From a virus, in the IMG/VR virus record IMGVR_UViG_3300045988_082835: a stretch of DNA of 64,000 bases; one strand, 5' to 3'. The translations under genes and the position numbers were made by a program. Under the pieces are notes generated by a model that worked only from the letters and a program-made list of their open reading frames with translations, did no database searches and had not been told where the DNA came from. Below are positions 60,677 to 64,000 of the stretch, in pieces (position 1 is the first letter of the stretch; the number at the start of each line of letters is the position of its first letter).

Positions 60677-62071
60677 TTAAATTCCGTCATCCTCGGTGAC
60701 AGAGACTAACTTATTGCGAATGCTAGTCTTAGCTTTTGCTGCGGTAGATGTAGCAAAGCTAAGTTTGTTGTTAATGGTATAACTCTTTTCAAAATCACCA
60801 TTAATCTTATTAATCTTTGCGGTAATAGGAGTTGCCTGATCTTCGCTGGTAAGAATTACAAGCAATCCTTGAGCCAACTCTTCGCCACTAACGGTTTGAG
60901 TCTTTGTATTACCTTCAATTCTTGGGTCTGTAGAGAAGTATTTCTCATAAGCTGGGTTTGTAGTTACCACATTATATTGGGTGCTATCGCTCTCTACTGG
61001 AATTTGTAGGCTGATCTGAGCAGCTTCTGCGATAGTATCGCCACAGGCCTCAGTATCATAAGCTTTTCCTGTTACATTACCGGTAACATCAAGCTCTGCG
61101 GCTGTAGCACTATTAGATACGAAACTTACAGTCACATCAGCAGCTTCGCTCTCATAAGTGCCTACATTCTCAGAACATGGCTCACGAGTTTCCTCGGTCT
61201 CGCCGCTTTCATCAGTAATTACTTGAATTGCAGCCAATACCTTATGGGTTTGGTCGAACTTGGTGTAATCAGGGAAAGCATCCATTGTAAAGGTGAAGGT
61301 AGAAGGATCTCCGTTAGCTGCCATGCTGAATGTGAAGTTACTCTGAACTTTACAGTTAGGAATGATAAATTCAGCAGGCATATCCACGCCATCGCTCTCA
61401 CGACGGAATAGAGTTGAAGCCTCAAGATAATAGTTACCACCAAACTTATCAGCAGTAATTTCAATCATTTGTGCTCCACCGGTACGTTTTACATAGTAGT
61501 CAACTAAAACAATGGTTCCCGCAGGAAGTACACCCGCATGAGAATAACAAGTTAAAGTTGTTTTGCCATCTTCTGTGTAACTTACAGAAACAGGAATACA
61601 AGGCTCGGCATTAACCTGACCATCATCACCTAAAACCATCACAAAGATGTCGGCAGAACGATGATACATTTCATTATCATGGTCAGTAAATCCATTCCAG
61701 CAAGCCTTGTCTGGAACAATAATAGTATTGGCAGTCTCAACTTCAATCTGAGAAGTCTGGTGAACATAGATAGGAGCTTCTTTTGTTGCATCAAGTAGGC
61801 CAGCACCAGAAAGAATAGAGAAGCTTTCTGGAGAGAGTAGAGCATCTTCCATTGTAAAGGTTAGAGTACGCTCACCTTCCCAAGCAATCAATCTAGAATA
61901 TCCACGTCCGCCCTGCGCATATACTGTTGTTGCAGCACCCTCAAGAGTAGAGGTTCTTAAAGTGTCGAAATATAAAACTGGTTCATTTTTGTAGAACTTA
62001 CGATTACCAAGGGTTTGATAACTCTTCGCACGAAGCACTACATCGCAAATCTCACGAATACCAAAACGCAT
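60677..62071 (-). CDS. major tail protein candidate (464 aa, no TAG)
   Basis: ORF track; TTAAGGAGG ribosome-binding site. Lies after three connector-sized genes and before the chaperone and tape measure genes. Higher GC than its neighbours. Confidence 0.45.
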   Translation of the reverse strand: MRFGIREICDVVLRAKSYQTLGNRKFYKNEPVLYFDTLRTSTLEGAATTVYAQGGRGYSRLIAWEGERTLTFTMEDALLSPESFSILSGAGLLDATKEAPIYVHQTSQIEVETANTIIVPDKACWNGFTDHDNEMYHRSADIFVMVLGDDGQVNAEPCIPVSVSYTEDGKTTLTCYSHAGVLPAGTIVLVDYYVKRTGGAQMIEITADKFGGNYYLEASTLFRRESDGVDMPAEFIIPNCKVQSNFTFSMAANGDPSTFTFTMDAFPDYTKFDQTHKVLAAIQVITDESGETEETREPCSENVGTYESEAADVTVSFVSNSATAAELDVTGNVTGKAYDTEACGDTIAEAAQISLQIPVESDSTQYNVVTTNPAYEKYFSTDPRIEGNTKTQTVSGEELAQGLLVILTSEDQATPITAKINKINGDFEKSYTINNKLSFATSTAAKAKTSIRNKLVSVTEDDGI

Positions 62072-62085
62072 GAGCTAATTCCTCC

Positions 62086-62811
62086 TTAATTTTTAGGATG
62101 TATATCTCGCATCCATGATTCAACTGGTTTATCCGGTTTGCCGCCTGCAAGACGAATCCGCAGATCAACATCCCATTCAATAAATGCATTATATCTTTCC
62201 ATCAAGTCAAATATCTAAAACATATTGAGATTAAGGCAATCCTCCAAGCTCATTGTCTAAGATCCAACTGTTAGGATAGATACATAACGTGTTAAAACAC
62301 TTTCATTATTTCCCTTATTCTTTATTTCCGCTACTTTACGACGTCCCCGCATTAACTTCTCTGCTATTTCTTTTGCTCTATCATTCGCAGGATTATAGAT
62401 AACATTATTACCTTGAAATATGCTATTTACACATAAGACCTCTTTTAATGTATCTTGGAAAATATCAAAGTTATTATCATCTATCAAAATAGGTTGCTTT
62501 TCATTCTATTTTGTTAAAATAATAGAATTTCTCGTAAATAGTGGTATATAGTCAGGAAATAATAACGTAAGAAGCATGATAATTGCATCTTTCTTATCCT
62601 TATCCTAAGATTGTTCTAACACCTTCATCAATACTTGAAAATTAGTTAAGGATGATGAAAGAATTTCGTCCTATATTAATGATTCTTTGTCTAAACAAAG
62701 ATATTGAACTGCCATAAAAAATTTTGTCTCGCCTATAAGAGCTATTTCTTTAATGGTGGGAACATGAATAATAAGTTGTAATTCAGGAATGGGAATATCA
62801 ATCCCAGCCAT
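62086..62811 (-). CDS. head-tail connector / tail completion-sized protein (241 aa, about 5 TAG)
   Basis: Contains ORF 62257-62487; length divisible by 3. Confidence 0.35.
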
Positions 62812-62827
62812 TAAAGCTAATCTATAA

Positions 62828-63364
62828 TCAGACAAGTGGATTTACCTTATCCTCATTACCACGAATTGCAAGATAGGTAAGAGACAAACCGGCAAACTCT
62901 TCATCATAAATATACGGAACAGCGGATACAAATTCAAGTTCTCCTATCCCAGTTAAATGAGTTTTATCCAACATTGAATCTATCTCTCCGGCTATCCTAT
63001 AAGGACGCAAATCATAATCTCCTAAATCCCAATTATCATAATGACATATAATATCTATTCCAAAGGTATTATCTCTATATTCAGGATTAGTAGAATTTCT
63101 AACCATCGTACCATAAATTAATCGCAAATATGATTTTTCTGGCCTATCTACTTTAATTTTAGGCACAGGAGAAATTTGCTATGTTTCAATCATTTCCTTT
63201 ATCATATCTCCGGTAACCGCAGGTTTACTTTTCCAATCTCTAGTATTATAAGCTAATAACTTTAAAACATTCTAATTAGAAAGTATCCTCTCCATAATCA
63301 ATGAAGCGTCTTTCTAAATTCCCAATAAACTAGATTTAGGATATTCATAGGTATTCTTTTTCAT
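62828..63364 (-). CDS. connector-sized hypothetical protein (178 aa, two TAG)
   Basis: ORF 62828-63166 extends upstream to the ATG MKKNTYEYPKSS with an AAGGGGTGA ribosome-binding site. Confidence 0.4.
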
Positions 63365-63376
63365 TAATTTCACCCC

Positions 63377-63945
63377 TTAGAACAAAGACTCTACCACAAT
63401 AACTTTTTCTAGCGTAATATTTTCTTTTTCCCATATTAGAGTGAATTGACCATGAGTAGATTTATTCCATACTAAATCTACTGCTTTATTTCCATTCGGA
63501 CATAAAGTTACAGGGAAATCTTTTTCTAGTATTGACCAAGTTCCATTAGGTTCTTCAACAGAATAAGTCTCTTTTATTAAGGGCTTAATGAAAGTTTCAC
63601 CTAATATTCCACTTTCTGGAGTAGGATCAACAGGCTCAAAAACTAATCCATCTTTCATACTATTCTCAATATCGTCTGTATCTCTATTGATATAGTCCTC
63701 TTCTGCATTGACTTCAATAACATTTCTCATGCTAATATCGTCTGGAGCCTAGACTTTCCAGCACCGTCCCGCAAATAGAAATTCTTTATATCTATCAAAA
63801 GCATGAATTGTTTTCTCATTTCTTGGCATGAGGATATTTAAACTTAAATTAGGTTTATCTAATCTCTCTTGATTTTTCTGAATAGATTCTATCTAAGTTT
63901 CAACTGGCCCTCTAATTGCCGCCCATGTTTCACACCATTTTCCAT
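63377..63945 (-). CDS. connector-sized hypothetical protein (about 189 aa; start approximate)
   Basis: ORF 63377-63730 extends upstream across two TAGs to the ATG MENGVKHGRQLEG. Confidence 0.35.
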
Positions 63946-64000
63946 CCTAATCTTTAAATTTAATCTTATATCTACAACGTCTTATTTCTCCTCTAAAGTA

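Overview
This window appears to be a contiguous piece of a low-GC (about 33%) tailed dsDNA phage (siphovirus-like), with Firmicutes-style AGGAGG ribosome-binding sites. The dominant feature is genome-wide reassignment of the amber codon TAG to a sense codon, most likely Gln (genetic code 15). Conserved protein domains continue in frame across TAG dozens of times, whereas genes end at TAA or TGA. Examples are the ThyX RHR..Q.S motif, DnaB, primase, RecJ, NrdG, dUTPase and the DnaE polymerase, which is split into two ORF-track pieces by a single TAG. The six-frame ORF track is therefore badly fragmented, and I re-joined genes by hand; bridged coordinates are approximate (about +/-3 nt). Layout: nt 1-25083 on the + strand is a replication, nucleotide-metabolism and recombination module. 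It contains a DNA ligase C-terminus, ThyX, a Sak4-like ATPase interrupted by a group I intron carrying an HNH homing endonuclease, DnaB, DnaG, RecJ-like, a Dda-like helicase, DnaE, Gmk, NrdD/NrdG, Dut, a GIY-YIG homing endonuclease and RuvC. Nt 25103-31073 on the - strand holds lysis and accessory genes, a small serine recombinase, and a tail fibre plus chaperone pair containing a GC-rich, TAG-free foreign segment. Nt 31399-36495 on the + strand is a complete diversity-generating retroelement (target gene with a C-terminal variable repeat, Avd, template repeat, reverse transcriptase), followed by a tail-fibre-assembly-like gene and a membrane protein. Nt 36541-63945 on the - strand is the tail morphogenesis module. 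It includes an apparent 2900-codon tape measure gene read as one TAG-rich frame, a 1307-aa repeat-rich tail protein, a major tail protein candidate and connector-like genes. A 147-bp segment bounded by perfect 15-bp hix-like inverted repeats lies between the two divergent receptor-binding-protein genes and carries an outward promoter and a palindromic hairpin. It is a candidate recombinase-driven promoter switch. I found no CRISPR array, rRNA or convincing tRNA in the window.
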